NCBI GenBank assembly: GCA_963792965.1
Contig: CAWBYW010000013.1
Coordinates: 64,001-128,000 of the forward strand
Direction: 5' to 3'
Source of the DNA: an uncultured delta proteobacterium
GTDB lineage: Bacteria; Desulfobacterota; Zymogenia; Zymogenales; Zymogenaceae
Length of the DNA: 64,000 nucleotides
The translations under genes and the position numbers were made by a program. Of the stretch, positions 1 to 9,188 are shown piece after piece. The first letter of the stretch is position 1; every line of letters begins with the position of its first letter. The notes under the pieces are model-generated. The model worked only from the letters and a program-made list of their open reading frames with translations, was not told the DNA's origin and did no database searches.

Positions 1-2
1 CC

Positions 3-113
3 GGCTCAAAGGCCACGACGTATATCTGTGAGAACTTCTCATGCGGCGTCCCCCTCACCAATCCGGATGAGGTCGAGGCGGCCTTGACTTCCCGGGATAA
101 TCGGATAAAATAG
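3..113 (+). CDS. 3' end of thioredoxin-domain protein (YyaL/DUF255 family), partial
   Basis: Frame from nt 3 reads GSKATTYICENFSCGVPLTNPDEVEAALTSRDNRIK*, matching the YyaL C-terminal ATAYVCxxFxCxxP motif; absent from ORF track. Confidence 0.75.
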   Translation, partial: GSKATTYICENFSCGVPLTNPDEVEAALTSRDNRIK

Positions 114-140
114 TAATAAGCCTTTTTTTGAGGATACACG

Positions 141-773
141 TTGGTGACAGTGAATCATCTTCCGCGCGTATGGGCGTGCGCCGCAGTCCTCCTGATGGTG
201 CTGTCCCTTTCGCTTGGGGCGGCGGCCGCCGAGATCAGGGAATACAATGGGATCGAGCTTTCTCCCTTCGACCGTAAATATGACAACTCGATCAAAGGGC
301 CGCAAAAGGTCGATCCGAAGACTTATCGACTCGAGGTTACGGGGCTCGTGGAGAAACCCCTCTCGCTGACGTATGCTGAGGTGCTGTCGCTGTCCCACGT
401 CAAGAAGGTCTTCACCCTTCACTGCGTCGAAGGATGGGACGAGACGCTCCTCTACGAGGGCGTGCTGCTCACAGACCTGCTGAGAAAGGCCGGGCCGAAA
501 AAAGGGGTCAGGACCGTCATCTTCTGGGCCGCCGACGGCTACTCTTCGTCAGTCCCCTACGACTGGGCGGTTAAGAAAAATATCATGCTCGGGGCGAAAA
601 TCAACGGGAGGACACTGGACGACAAGCGCGGTTTCCCGTTTCAGGTTGTCGCCGACGATAAGCTCGGCTACAAGTGGGTAAAATGGCTTGTAAAGATCAC
701 GCTTTCCGATAAGGACTATAAAGGCTTCTGGGAGCGTCGGGGCTACTCAAATGACGCGGACGTTGACCAGTGA
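141..773 (+). CDS. Exported molybdopterin-dependent oxidoreductase (sulfite oxidase/MsrP-like catalytic domain)
   Basis: LHCVEGW Mo-ligand Cys, GFPFQVV...GYKWVKW, GFWERRGY; signal peptide ending AAAA; start codon uncertain. Confidence 0.85.
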   Translation: MVTVNHLPRVWACAAVLLMVLSLSLGAAAAEIREYNGIELSPFDRKYDNSIKGPQKVDPKTYRLEVTGLVEKPLSLTYAEVLSLSHVKKVFTLHCVEGWDETLLYEGVLLTDLLRKAGPKKGVRTVIFWAADGYSSSVPYDWAVKKNIMLGAKINGRTLDDKRGFPFQVVADDKLGYKWVKWLVKITLSDKDYKGFWERRGYSNDADVDQ

Positions 774-776
774 GAC

Positions 777-1706
777 ATGGAGAAAACCCTCCGTTTCATA
801 TTCGACCGCAATCTCATCTTCACACTATCTTTTTTTCTGGGGCTTCTCCTCCCCGAGGGCCTTCCCTATACGCTGTGGCTCCTCTTGCCGAGCCTCGCGC
901 TGGTGATAGCCGTCTCCACCCTCTCGGTCGGATCGGACATATTCCGCTCTCCCCGGGTCTTCATCAACAACTCCCTGGTCGGCGTGGCGGTCAACTATCT
1001 ATTGATGAGCGGCGTCACGATCCTGGCCGGCTACCTGCTTGTTTCAGACCCGCAGCTGCGGGCCGGTTTTGTCCTGGTGGCGGCGGTCCCGGCCGCCTCG
1101 GCGGTCGTCCCGTTTGCCGACGTGCTTGGCGGAGATAGGACCCTCGCCCTGCTCGGTATGATCGGAGGGCTCCTGTTCGCCTTCGTGATGCTCCCCCTCA
1201 TTACGGTTCTCTTCGTCGGGTCAAACCTCCTGGATCCGAAAAAGCTGTTGCTGATCCTGGTGGAGCTGTCCATCGTCCCGCTGCTTGTCTCGCGGCTTTT
1301 CCGGGCCGTTCGGCTGGATACCCCAATGGAACCGTACAGGGGGCCGATCACAAATCTCTCCCTCGGCGTCGCCTTCTACATCATGGTGGCGGTCAACCAC
1401 GACATCATCGTTCATCAGACGCCGGTGCTGGTCCGGGTGGTCATCGTGGGGCTCATCATATCGGTGGTATCGGGCGGTATCGTGCTGGCGGCCGCGCGGA
1501 TCTTGTCCGTCGATCGGCGGACGCAGATCAGCCTCCTTCTGTTGGCGACGCTCAAGAACTACGCCATCTCGGCGGGCCTCGGGCTCATCCTCTTCTCGAG
1601 CCGGGCCGCCCTTCCGTCGGTGGTCATGACGATTATCATGATTCCCTACATTGTCGTTCTCGATCTTTTTGTGAGAAGAGGGAAAATGGGGGGAGAAGTT
1701 CATTGA
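777..1706 (+). CDS. Bile acid:sodium symporter (SBF/BASS) family membrane protein
   Basis: About 9-10 hydrophobic segments, AAVPAASA and LKNYAISAG crossover-like motifs. Confidence 0.7.
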   Translation: MEKTLRFIFDRNLIFTLSFFLGLLLPEGLPYTLWLLLPSLALVIAVSTLSVGSDIFRSPRVFINNSLVGVAVNYLLMSGVTILAGYLLVSDPQLRAGFVLVAAVPAASAVVPFADVLGGDRTLALLGMIGGLLFAFVMLPLITVLFVGSNLLDPKKLLLILVELSIVPLLVSRLFRAVRLDTPMEPYRGPITNLSLGVAFYIMVAVNHDIIVHQTPVLVRVVIVGLIISVVSGGIVLAAARILSVDRRTQISLLLLATLKNYAISAGLGLILFSSRAALPSVVMTIIMIPYIVVLDLFVRRGKMGGEVH

Positions 1707-1767
1707 AAAAACGGCCTTTCATGGTTATAATAGAGCTACATGAACCGTTACAAGGCGAGGTTTTGCT

Positions 1768-1968
1768 ATGAAGACGATAAAGGTTAAAGGCATGTCGTGC
1801 GATCATTGCGTCATGGCCGTCACGAAAGCGCTGGAGGGCATCGAGGGGGTCAAGAACGTCAAGGTGAATCTGAAGAAAGGAGAGGCGACCTTCGACGAGA
1901 AGGCTCCCGTCGACATGAAGATCGTAAAAGAAAAGATCGAGGACGCGGGTTACGAGGTCGCGGGATAG
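1768..1968 (+). CDS. copZ: CopZ-like heavy-metal chaperone (HMA domain)
   Basis: GMSCDHC metal-binding motif, IEDAGYEV C-terminus, 66 aa. Confidence 0.9.
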   Translation: MKTIKVKGMSCDHCVMAVTKALEGIEGVKNVKVNLKKGEATFDEKAPVDMKIVKEKIEDAGYEVAG

Positions 1969-2093
1969 GCCGCAGCCCCGCCATGCGCACAACATCGGCG
2001 TCGCGTCTTGACGCCTTGTTTATTGTGTGGCCCGGGGTCCGGCGGTTGTAAGAAACGAGCAGAAATAATGATCGAAAAGGAGTCGGGTGCGCG

Positions 2094-2852
2094 ATGCTAC
2101 GAATAGAAGATCTCAAGGTAGAAATCGAGGGAAGGGTGGTCCTTGACCACGTGGACCTCGAAGTGCCGGAAGGCAAGACCCACGTGCTGTTCGGCCCGAA
2201 CGGCTCCGGTAAGACATCGCTCCTCATGACTATCATGGGATTTGAGGGGTACAAGGTGTTGCACGGAAAGATATTCTTCAAAGGACAGGACATCACAAGC
2301 CTTCCGATTTACGAGCGCGCGAAGCTCGGCATCGGGATGTCCTTTCAGCGGCCGCCGTCCGTTGACGGGCTCAAGCTCGGGGAGCTGTTACGCCTCATCG
2401 GATGCGATGAAGACAAGGTCGAATCGATCGCCTCGGAGATAAAATTCGAGACGTTTTTAGGTCGGGATGTAAACGTCGGGTTTTCAGGCGGGGAGATCAA
2501 GCGATCGGAGCTGTTACAGCTCATGGCTCAGCAGCCTGAGTTGCTTCTCTTCGACGAGCCGGAGTCGGGGGTCGATCTGGAGAGCATCTCCCTGATCGGC
2601 AACGCCATCAACGACCTCATCAAGGGAACCGACGGGGGCGGCGGGCGCTATTGCCATAAGACGGAGCGGGCAAAGCGTCAACGGTCCGGGCTCATCATCA
2701 CGCATACCGGATACATCCTGGATTACGTGGACGCCGACGAGGGCCATGTATTGTATAACGGCAGTATCGCCTGCCAGGCAAATGCGCGGGAGCTCCTCAG
2801 GGAGATATCCGTCAACGGCTATGGAGAATGTCTGAAATGCCAGGTCCAGTAG
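2094..2852 (+). CDS. sufC: SufC-like ABC ATPase (SUF-minimal system SmsC)
   Basis: GPNGSGKT, GFSGGEIKR, FDEPESGVD, IITH; C-terminal CxxC (ECLKC); overlaps SufB-like gene. Confidence 0.9.
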   Translation: MLRIEDLKVEIEGRVVLDHVDLEVPEGKTHVLFGPNGSGKTSLLMTIMGFEGYKVLHGKIFFKGQDITSLPIYERAKLGIGMSFQRPPSVDGLKLGELLRLIGCDEDKVESIASEIKFETFLGRDVNVGFSGGEIKRSELLQLMAQQPELLLFDEPESGVDLESISLIGNAINDLIKGTDGGGGRYCHKTERAKRQRSGLIITHTGYILDYVDADEGHVLYNGSIACQANARELLREISVNGYGECLKCQVQ

Positions 2853-4012
2853 ACAAGAAGAATATCGTTGATCGGTTTATCAACGAGGGCGGGCAGCACG
2901 CGTATATCGAAGATCTCGGCACGGTCTCCGAAAAGGACGAGAAGCGGATGCGCCTGGCCGGAATCGAAACGACCAAGGCGGGCCGCTCCGGCACCTACCT
3001 CCAGAAAGACCACAGCCTCGTCCACTGTAACGTGGCCCAGGACGGACTGGAGGTGATGGACATCAACACCGCGCTGAAGACCCACGGGTGGGTGGACGAC
3101 TATCTCTGGGGCCTGATAAAGCCCGATAAGGACGAGTTCACGATGCGAGCCAAGGAAAAGCCGCATCTCGGCTACTTCATCCGCGCCCTGCCGGGCGTGA
3201 AATCGCTGTCGCCGGTGCAGGCCTGTCTCTATCTTGCAACCGACAAGATGTCCCAGAACGTCCACAATGTCATCATCGCCGAGGAGGGGTCGGAGCTCCA
3301 CATCATCACCGGCTGTTCGACGGCGCCGGGGGTCGCCAGCGGGCTTCATATCGGCATCTCGGAATTCTACATCAAGAAGGGGGCGAAGCTCTCCTTTACG
3401 ATGATCCATAACTGGTCGGAGGGGGTCGTCGTGCGTCCCCGCTCGTCGATCCTGGTGGAGGAGAACGGCCGGTTTATCAACAACTACATCGTCTTGAATC
3501 CGGTCGAGTCTATACAGATGTACCCCTCGACACACTTGAAGGGCGATAATTCGGTGGCGAGCCTCAACTCGATCCTCGTGGCGCCCAAGGGGTCGCATCT
3601 CGACATCGGCGGGCGGGTCGTGTTGTCGGGGAAGAACACGCGCGCCGAGATCATCGCCCGCGCCATTACCACGGGCGGAACGATCATCTCCCGCGGGCAG
3701 CTCGTCGGCGAAGTGCCGGGGATCAAGGCCCACCTCGAGTGCAAGGGGCTGATCCTCGAGGGCGGGGGAAGCATCATCGCGATCCCGGAGCTCGAGGGCA
3801 ATGCCGCGGACGTCGAGCTTTCCCACGAGGCGGCGGTGGGCCGCATCAATCAGGATGAGATCAACTACCTCATGGCACGTGGGCTCACCGAGGACGAGGC
3901 CGTCGGCGTGATCGTGCGAGGATTTCTCCGCGTGGATATAGAAGGACTCCCCGAGGAGCTCAGGGCCGAGATCGACAGGAATATCCGAAAAGGTCAGAAG
4001 GAGTATATGTAG
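2828..4012 (+). CDS. sufB: SufB/SufD-family Fe-S scaffold (SmsB)
   Basis: QNVHNVIIAEEGSELHIITGC, HLECKG, SHEAAVG, YLMARGL motifs. Confidence 0.9.
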   Translation: MSEMPGPVDKKNIVDRFINEGGQHAYIEDLGTVSEKDEKRMRLAGIETTKAGRSGTYLQKDHSLVHCNVAQDGLEVMDINTALKTHGWVDDYLWGLIKPDKDEFTMRAKEKPHLGYFIRALPGVKSLSPVQACLYLATDKMSQNVHNVIIAEEGSELHIITGCSTAPGVASGLHIGISEFYIKKGAKLSFTMIHNWSEGVVVRPRSSILVEENGRFINNYIVLNPVESIQMYPSTHLKGDNSVASLNSILVAPKGSHLDIGGRVVLSGKNTRAEIIARAITTGGTIISRGQLVGEVPGIKAHLECKGLILEGGGSIIAIPELEGNAADVELSHEAAVGRINQDEINYLMARGLTEDEAVGVIVRGFLRVDIEGLPEELRAEIDRNIRKGQKEYM

Positions 4013-4014
4013 CC

Positions 4015-4974
4015 GTGCTTGTGCTCGGAATCTCCGGCAGCCCCCGCGAGGGGGGCAATACCGATACGCTTCTTTCCGAGTTTCTCGCCGAGGCTCAGGT
4101 GCTGGGCGCGAGGGTACAAAAGATCGTCCCCGCGCGGATGAAGATCAGGCCGTGCATCGAATGCCGCACATGCGAGGACAAGGGCTTTTGCTCCATTGAT
4201 GACGAAATGGGCGAGGTGTACCGGCTTCTCAGGGAGGCCGACGTGTTAGCTGTCGCCAGCCCGATCTTTTTTTATGGGGTGACGGGGTCGCTTAAGGCGC
4301 TCATCGACCGGACCCAGTGCCTCTGGGCGAGGCGATCGGTCCTCAAGATCGTCGACCCCGGGGCGCCGTCGAGAAAGGGAGTATTCATATCGGTGGGAGC
4401 GACGAAGGGCGAAAAGCTCTTCGATGGAGCGGGACTTACGATGAAATATTTCTTCGACGCCGTCGGGGCACGGCTTTCGGGCAGTCTCCTCTATCGTCGT
4501 ATCGAACACCTCGGCGATATCGAGAGACATCCGACGGCGCTCTCAGATGCCCGGGCGCTGGCCCGTGAGGTCGCCGGACCCCTCGTGAGGCGAAAGAAGA
4601 TCCTCTATCTCTGCAGGGAAAACGCGGCCAGGAGCCAGATGGCCCAGGCTTTTACGAGATACCGGGCGGCCGACCGGATTGAGGCGTCCAGCGCCGGAGA
4701 CGCTCCGGCCGAAGAAATCAACCCCGACATGGTTCGGGTCATGGCGGAGCAGGGCATCGATATGGGCTTCATCCGGCCCCGGTCCGTATCGGAGGCACTG
4801 GCGGCCGGGGACCCCGATCTGGCGGTGACGATGGGATGCATGGACGCCTGTCCGGTGCTTCCCGGAGTCGACGTGATCGATTGGGGGATTGCCGACCCCG
4901 CGTCGGGGGGGATCGAGACAATGCGGGAGACACGGGACGAAATAGCGCGACGAGTCGACGGCCTTATCGGTTGA
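4015..4974 (+). CDS. Iron-sulfur flavoprotein (FMN reductase) fused to LMW-PTP/arsenate reductase domain
   Basis: GSPREGGNT, CIECRTC-x5-C, ASPIFF; C-terminal CRENAARSQMA (CX5R), MGCMDACP, WGIADP. Confidence 0.85.
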   Translation: MLVLGISGSPREGGNTDTLLSEFLAEAQVLGARVQKIVPARMKIRPCIECRTCEDKGFCSIDDEMGEVYRLLREADVLAVASPIFFYGVTGSLKALIDRTQCLWARRSVLKIVDPGAPSRKGVFISVGATKGEKLFDGAGLTMKYFFDAVGARLSGSLLYRRIEHLGDIERHPTALSDARALAREVAGPLVRRKKILYLCRENAARSQMAQAFTRYRAADRIEASSAGDAPAEEINPDMVRVMAEQGIDMGFIRPRSVSEALAAGDPDLAVTMGCMDACPVLPGVDVIDWGIADPASGGIETMRETRDEIARRVDGLIG

Positions 4975-5049
4975 TACGGCCGTTTGTCAGGTTATCGGAT
5001 TGGCTATTCTATTATGAGATGCGGAAAATAAGGGACAGGAGGTTATTAT

Positions 5050-5208
5050 ATGGATAAGTATGTCTGTACGGTTTGCGGCTACATCTACGATCCCGCGAAG
5101 GGCGACCCGGACGGCAAAATCCCCCCCGGCACCCCCTTCGAGAAGCTTCCGGACGACTGGACCTGCCCGGTCTGCGGGGCGGCAAAGAGCGAATTCGAAA
5201 AGGAATAA
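5050..5208 (+). CDS. Rubredoxin (52 aa)
   Basis: [52 protein letters not shown]; RBS AGGAGG upstream; below ORF-track cutoff. Confidence 0.97.
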   Translation: MDKYVCTVCGYIYDPAKGDPDGKIPPGTPFEKLPDDWTCPVCGAAKSEFEKE

Positions 5209-5234
5209 TAATCACATACGAGAGGAGACGAGAG

Positions 5235-5483
5235 ATGGACGAGCCGAAGGTAAAACTTTACTCGACCCCTACGTGACCCTACTGCAAGAAAGCGAAAGAG
5301 TTTCTTTCGCAAAAGGGAATCGCATACGAGGATTTTGACGTCACCCAGGACAGAAACGCCCTCGAGGAGATGCGTCGGATCACCAACGGCGGCCTGAGCG
5401 TGCCGGTTCTCCACATCGGCAACGAGGTCATCGTCGGGTTCGACGAGGAGCGGATATCCAAGGCGCTCGGGCTGAAAAAATAG
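5235..5483 (+). CDS. Selenocysteine-containing glutaredoxin (NrdH/YruB-like, UPYC motif), 82 aa
   Basis: MDEPKVKLYSTPT-TGA(5274-5276)-PYCKKAKEFLSQKGIAYEDFDVTQDRNALEEMRRITNGGLSVPVLHIGNEVIVGFDEERISKALGLKK*; Grx fold continues through TGA. Confidence 0.9.
5277..5317 (+). promoter_or_regulatory. Bacterial SECIS-like stem-loop
   Basis: Directly after UGA: CCCU...AGGG lower stem and perfect GCGAAAGA/UCUUUCGC upper stem (5292-5310); G-initiated loop starts 23 nt after UGA. Confidence 0.7.
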
Positions 5484-5630
5484 TTCGATCGTGCCGACGC
5501 GCCCGAGACGCGCAAACCGCGGCCGCACATACGGGGCGCGGGTCCGTCCGCCCGCCCATGTGGACGGCGGACGCGTCCGAAGCTGTGAAGGTCTGCGATC
5601 GCTCGGGCGGACCTTCATGAGGATCGTGCC

Positions 5631-6818
5631 ATGAAGACAGTTGTCATGTATACGCTTGCCGACTGCCCGTTCTGCGCGCGGGCCAAGCTCTTCCTCAAGG
5701 AGAAGGGAATCGAGTTTGAGGAGATAGAAGTTCGGCCCGGATCGCGGGAGTGGGACGCGATGAAGAAGGTGGCCAAGAGCGGCTCGCTGCCGCAGATCCT
5801 CATCGATAACAAACCGATCGGCGGTTACGGTGATCTGGTCCACCTGGAGGCGACAGGCGAGCTCTATGAGCTTCTCGGAAAACCGTTGGCGCAAAAGCCG
5901 CCGCCGATCTACGACGTCATTATCGTCGGCGGGGGGCCGGCGGGCCTATCGGCCGCAATCTATACCGCCCGAAAGCTCATGAAGACGATCCTCATCAGCA
6001 TGAACATCGGCGGCCAGGTGACCGACACCTTCGATATCGAGAACTACCTTGGTTTTTCCGAGATCGAGACGGCCGACCTGATCAAGCGCTTCGAGGAGCA
6101 CGTCCTCAAGTATGGGGTGGAGAAAGTGTCGGGGGTGGAGGTCATTTCCCTGGATTTGAGCGGAAAGATCAAGAAGGTCTTTACCGGCGACGGGAAGCTG
6201 TATCTATCCCGGACGGTCATCCTATCCATGGGCAAGCGACCCCGTACCCTTAACGTCCCGGGCGAGAAGGAGCTTATCGGCAAGGGGGTAGCCTACTGTT
6301 CCACCTGCGACGCGCCCCTCTTTAAGGATATGGACACGGCGGTGGTCGGAGGTGGAAACTCGGCGCTGGAGGCGGCGCTTGATCTTGTGAAGGTGGCGCG
6401 GAAGGTCTACGTGGTATCGATTACTCCCCTCACGGGTGACGCGATCCTCATCGACAAATTGAAGTCGTCGGCCAACGTCGAGATCTTCACCGAATACACG
6501 ACACTGAAGATCATCGGGGAGCGCGTTGTGGAAGGGATAGAGATCGGGCGCTTGGAAGAGAGTGAAACGAAGAGACTCGATGTCCAGGGCGTCTTCATCG
6601 AGATCGGGCTTCTTCCAAATTCGGACCTCGTCGTCGACACGCTGGCGGTCAACAAGGTCGGCGAGATCCAGATCAACTGCGAGTGTAAGACAGGGCTTGC
6701 CGGGGTGTTTGCCGCAGGAGACGTGACGGACGTTCCCTTCAAGCAGGTCATTATTGCCGCGGGGGAGGGGGCCAAGGCGGCGCTTGCCGCCTACGACTAC
6801 CTGTTGAATCAGAACTAA
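5631..6818 (+). CDS. Glutaredoxin-thioredoxin reductase fusion
   Basis: N-terminal CPFC Grx domain with SLPQI; GGGPAG FAD site, CSTCD redox centre, GGGNSA, FAAGD. Confidence 0.92.
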   Translation: MKTVVMYTLADCPFCARAKLFLKEKGIEFEEIEVRPGSREWDAMKKVAKSGSLPQILIDNKPIGGYGDLVHLEATGELYELLGKPLAQKPPPIYDVIIVGGGPAGLSAAIYTARKLMKTILISMNIGGQVTDTFDIENYLGFSEIETADLIKRFEEHVLKYGVEKVSGVEVISLDLSGKIKKVFTGDGKLYLSRTVILSMGKRPRTLNVPGEKELIGKGVAYCSTCDAPLFKDMDTAVVGGGNSALEAALDLVKVARKVYVVSITPLTGDAILIDKLKSSANVEIFTEYTTLKIIGERVVEGIEIGRLEESETKRLDVQGVFIEIGLLPNSDLVVDTLAVNKVGEIQINCECKTGLAGVFAAGDVTDVPFKQVIIAAGEGAKAALAAYDYLLNQN

Positions 6819-6830
6819 CCTATTTTGGGA

Positions 6831-7604
6831 ATGAACGTGGAGACTAAGCCCGGAGACTACAAATCGCTTGAGCAGTACCTGACGCAGATGCTCGGGCTTT
6901 CCGATCGCCCCATCGGATTTCATTACACGAATAAACCTCCCGAGGGATCAGTCACCGTCACCAAAAAGAGCCGGGTCTGCATCTACCCGTTTCTGAACCA
7001 GGTGAGGAAGGGGAAAACCGTTTTCTTCGCCAAGGAGTGGAAGGCGTGCCGGGGAGGCGCGTTCTACCTCGGCTATAAGAAGAGCCTCATGCCGAAAGCG
7101 GGGATGTTCATTTCCACCGGGATCCCCAACCTCATGCCGGGGGAGCGGTACAAGAAAGACCCCGAGCTCGGGGAGGAGGTCGTCGCCCTCATGGAGCATG
7201 TGCCGGCAGGGGGCGACTTTATCGTGTTTCGGCCGCTGGGCGAATTTGAGCACGACGCTCCCCCCGAGGCCGCCGTTATCTTCGGCAACGCAGACGTCAT
7301 GGGAGCGCTGCTGTTCCTTGCCAACTTCTCTCGGCCCGGCAAGGACAACGTCATGGTTCAGTTCTCGTCGGGCTGCTACAGCCTTTTTACCGAGCCGCGG
7401 ATCCAGGCCCGGCGTGACGTCCCCAAGGCCGTCCTGGGCAGCTTCGACGTCAGCTGTCGGCCCTACCTTGACCCCTGCACCTTGACGTTTGCGGCCCCGG
7501 ACGCGATGCTCTGGGAGATGGCGAGTGAGGCGCCCGAGAGCTTTCTTACGATCGCGCCCTGGACGAAGATCAGGGGGCGAAAGGGCCGTGGAGTTTCCCG
7601 ATAG
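6831..7604 (+). CDS. DUF169 family protein
   Basis: CRGGAFYLG, GERYKK, FSSGC, GSFDVSCR pattern typical of DUF169. Confidence 0.7.
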   Translation: MNVETKPGDYKSLEQYLTQMLGLSDRPIGFHYTNKPPEGSVTVTKKSRVCIYPFLNQVRKGKTVFFAKEWKACRGGAFYLGYKKSLMPKAGMFISTGIPNLMPGERYKKDPELGEEVVALMEHVPAGGDFIVFRPLGEFEHDAPPEAAVIFGNADVMGALLFLANFSRPGKDNVMVQFSSGCYSLFTEPRIQARRDVPKAVLGSFDVSCRPYLDPCTLTFAAPDAMLWEMASEAPESFLTIAPWTKIRGRKGRGVSR

Positions 7605-8280
7605 GTTGGTAGCCGGGCGGTTCGTCGGCCGCCCGAACAGGTTCCTGGCGCTGGTGGAGTGCGGCGGGCGCGAAGTCACGGCGCACCTGGCCAATACCGG
7701 GAGGCTTTCCGAAATCCTCGTCCCAGGCAGGCCCGTCTATCTGCTGCCGGCCAAAAATCCCCACCGGAAGACCGCCTTTTCCCTCATCCTTGCCGATCTT
7801 GACGGCGTCTTGGTAGGGCTTAACTCGGCGGCGGCAAACGACGTCGCGTATGAATACCTTTCGCGACGGCTCTTCGATCCCTTCTCGTCGTACGCCCTAA
7901 TCCGCCGGGAGGTCACCTTTACCGACGGACGCTACGACCTGTTTCTCACCGAGCAGGGACTGCCCGATCTCATCGTGGAGGTTAAGGGGGTAAACCTCGT
8001 CCGTGGGGGGAGGGCGCTTTTCCCCGACGCACCAACCGAGCGAGGGACAAAACACCTCCGCGGGCTTATGGAGGCTCGGGAGCGGGGTTTGAGGGCGGCG
8101 GCCCTCTTCGTGGTCATGCGGGATGACGCGCAGACGTTTTCCCCCAACGATGAGGCCGACGCCCGATTCGCGGCGGCCCTGCGGGCCGCGCACGGGCGCG
8201 GCGTGGAGCTCTTCGCGCTTGTGACCCGGGTAACAGTGACTCGCATGGACATTACGGGCGCTATCCCGGTCGTGTTGTAG
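7588..8280 (+). CDS. sfsA: DNA/RNA nuclease SfsA
   Basis: RPNRF, HLANTGRL, VEVKGVNL, FPDAPTERGTKHL; GTG start at 7588. Confidence 0.93.
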   Translation: MEFPDRLVAGRFVGRPNRFLALVECGGREVTAHLANTGRLSEILVPGRPVYLLPAKNPHRKTAFSLILADLDGVLVGLNSAAANDVAYEYLSRRLFDPFSSYALIRREVTFTDGRYDLFLTEQGLPDLIVEVKGVNLVRGGRALFPDAPTERGTKHLRGLMEARERGLRAAALFVVMRDDAQTFSPNDEADARFAAALRAAHGRGVELFALVTRVTVTRMDITGAIPVVL

Positions 8281-8392
8281 TCTTGCCGTCCGCATCAGTG
8301 ACCCCGGTCGTCTTCCCCGGCAGGATGCTTTCCGCTCACATGGGACTATTAACGATATGTGGGGTCATGAAGGCCTAAGTAGGGCCGCGGGC

Positions 8393-8440
8393 TTGACATG
8401 GTTTCAGGTCGGGATTACATTAATAATGATAACTATTAGT
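8393..8440 (+). promoter_or_regulatory. Sigma70 promoter with adjacent Fur/PerR-like box
   Basis: TTGACA(8393)-17 nt-TACATT(8416); AATAATGATAACTATTAGT (8422-8440) matches 14/19 of GATAATGATAATCATTATC. Confidence 0.65.
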
Positions 8441-8598
8441 AAGCGGGTGGTTCCCTACGTATCGGTTGTCCTGAGGCGACAAGAAGGGAGAGTGAGGTGG
8501 GTCGTCTTCGCCGATCGTATAGCAATTATTTATGACGACGCATTTCATTTTCGATAAACGCATGGTATTATTATTTCATCGAGAGAGGAGGTAAGGCC

Positions 8599-9114
8599 AT
8601 GAAAGAGCGGAAAGGTATTACGACCATGGCGGGGATGCCGCTCACCCTCGTCGGCGAAGAGGTGAGAGTAGGCGACAAAGCCCCCGATTTTACGGTGCTG
8701 GATAACGACCTCGGGCCGTTCCGGTTCTCCTCACTTGCCGGAAAGGTCGTCGTCATCTCCTCGGTTCCCTCCCTTGATACGCCGGTCTGCAACATGGAGA
8801 CCCGGCGCTTCAACGAGGAGGCGGGGCGGCTCCCGGGTGACGTCCGGGTCGTCACCATCAGCATGGACCTCCCGTTTGCGCAGAAGCGCTGGTGCGCCGC
8901 TGCGGGGGTCGAGCGGGTGAAGACCTACTCCGACCATCGCGACGCCGACTTCGGGACAAAGTACGGTGTGCTGACCAAGGAGACCAGGCTCTTGGCGCGG
9001 GCGATATTTGTCGTCGATAAGGCGGGTGTGATCCGCCATATCGAGGTATTGGATGATATCACCAAAGAGCCGCACTACGACGAGGTGCTCACGGCGGCAA
9101 AGAAGCTGGTATAG
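8599..9114 (+). CDS. tpx: Thiol peroxidase (atypical 2-Cys peroxiredoxin)
   Basis: VPSLDTPVC, SMDLPFAQKRWC, LARAIFVVD; RBS AGGAGG. Confidence 0.95.
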   Translation: MKERKGITTMAGMPLTLVGEEVRVGDKAPDFTVLDNDLGPFRFSSLAGKVVVISSVPSLDTPVCNMETRRFNEEAGRLPGDVRVVTISMDLPFAQKRWCAAAGVERVKTYSDHRDADFGTKYGVLTKETRLLARAIFVVDKAGVIRHIEVLDDITKEPHYDEVLTAAKKLV

Positions 9115-9188
9115 TCCGAAACCTCGGCGCTCGGCGCGCGACCGGCGGACTACGCATTGTATCAGGGGTAGCTTAAAAGGAGTTGAGC

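Noticed and set aside
5060-5338. ORF-track ORFs 5060..5338 and 5073..5276
   Set aside because: Shadows of rubredoxin and of the Sec-Grx 5' end
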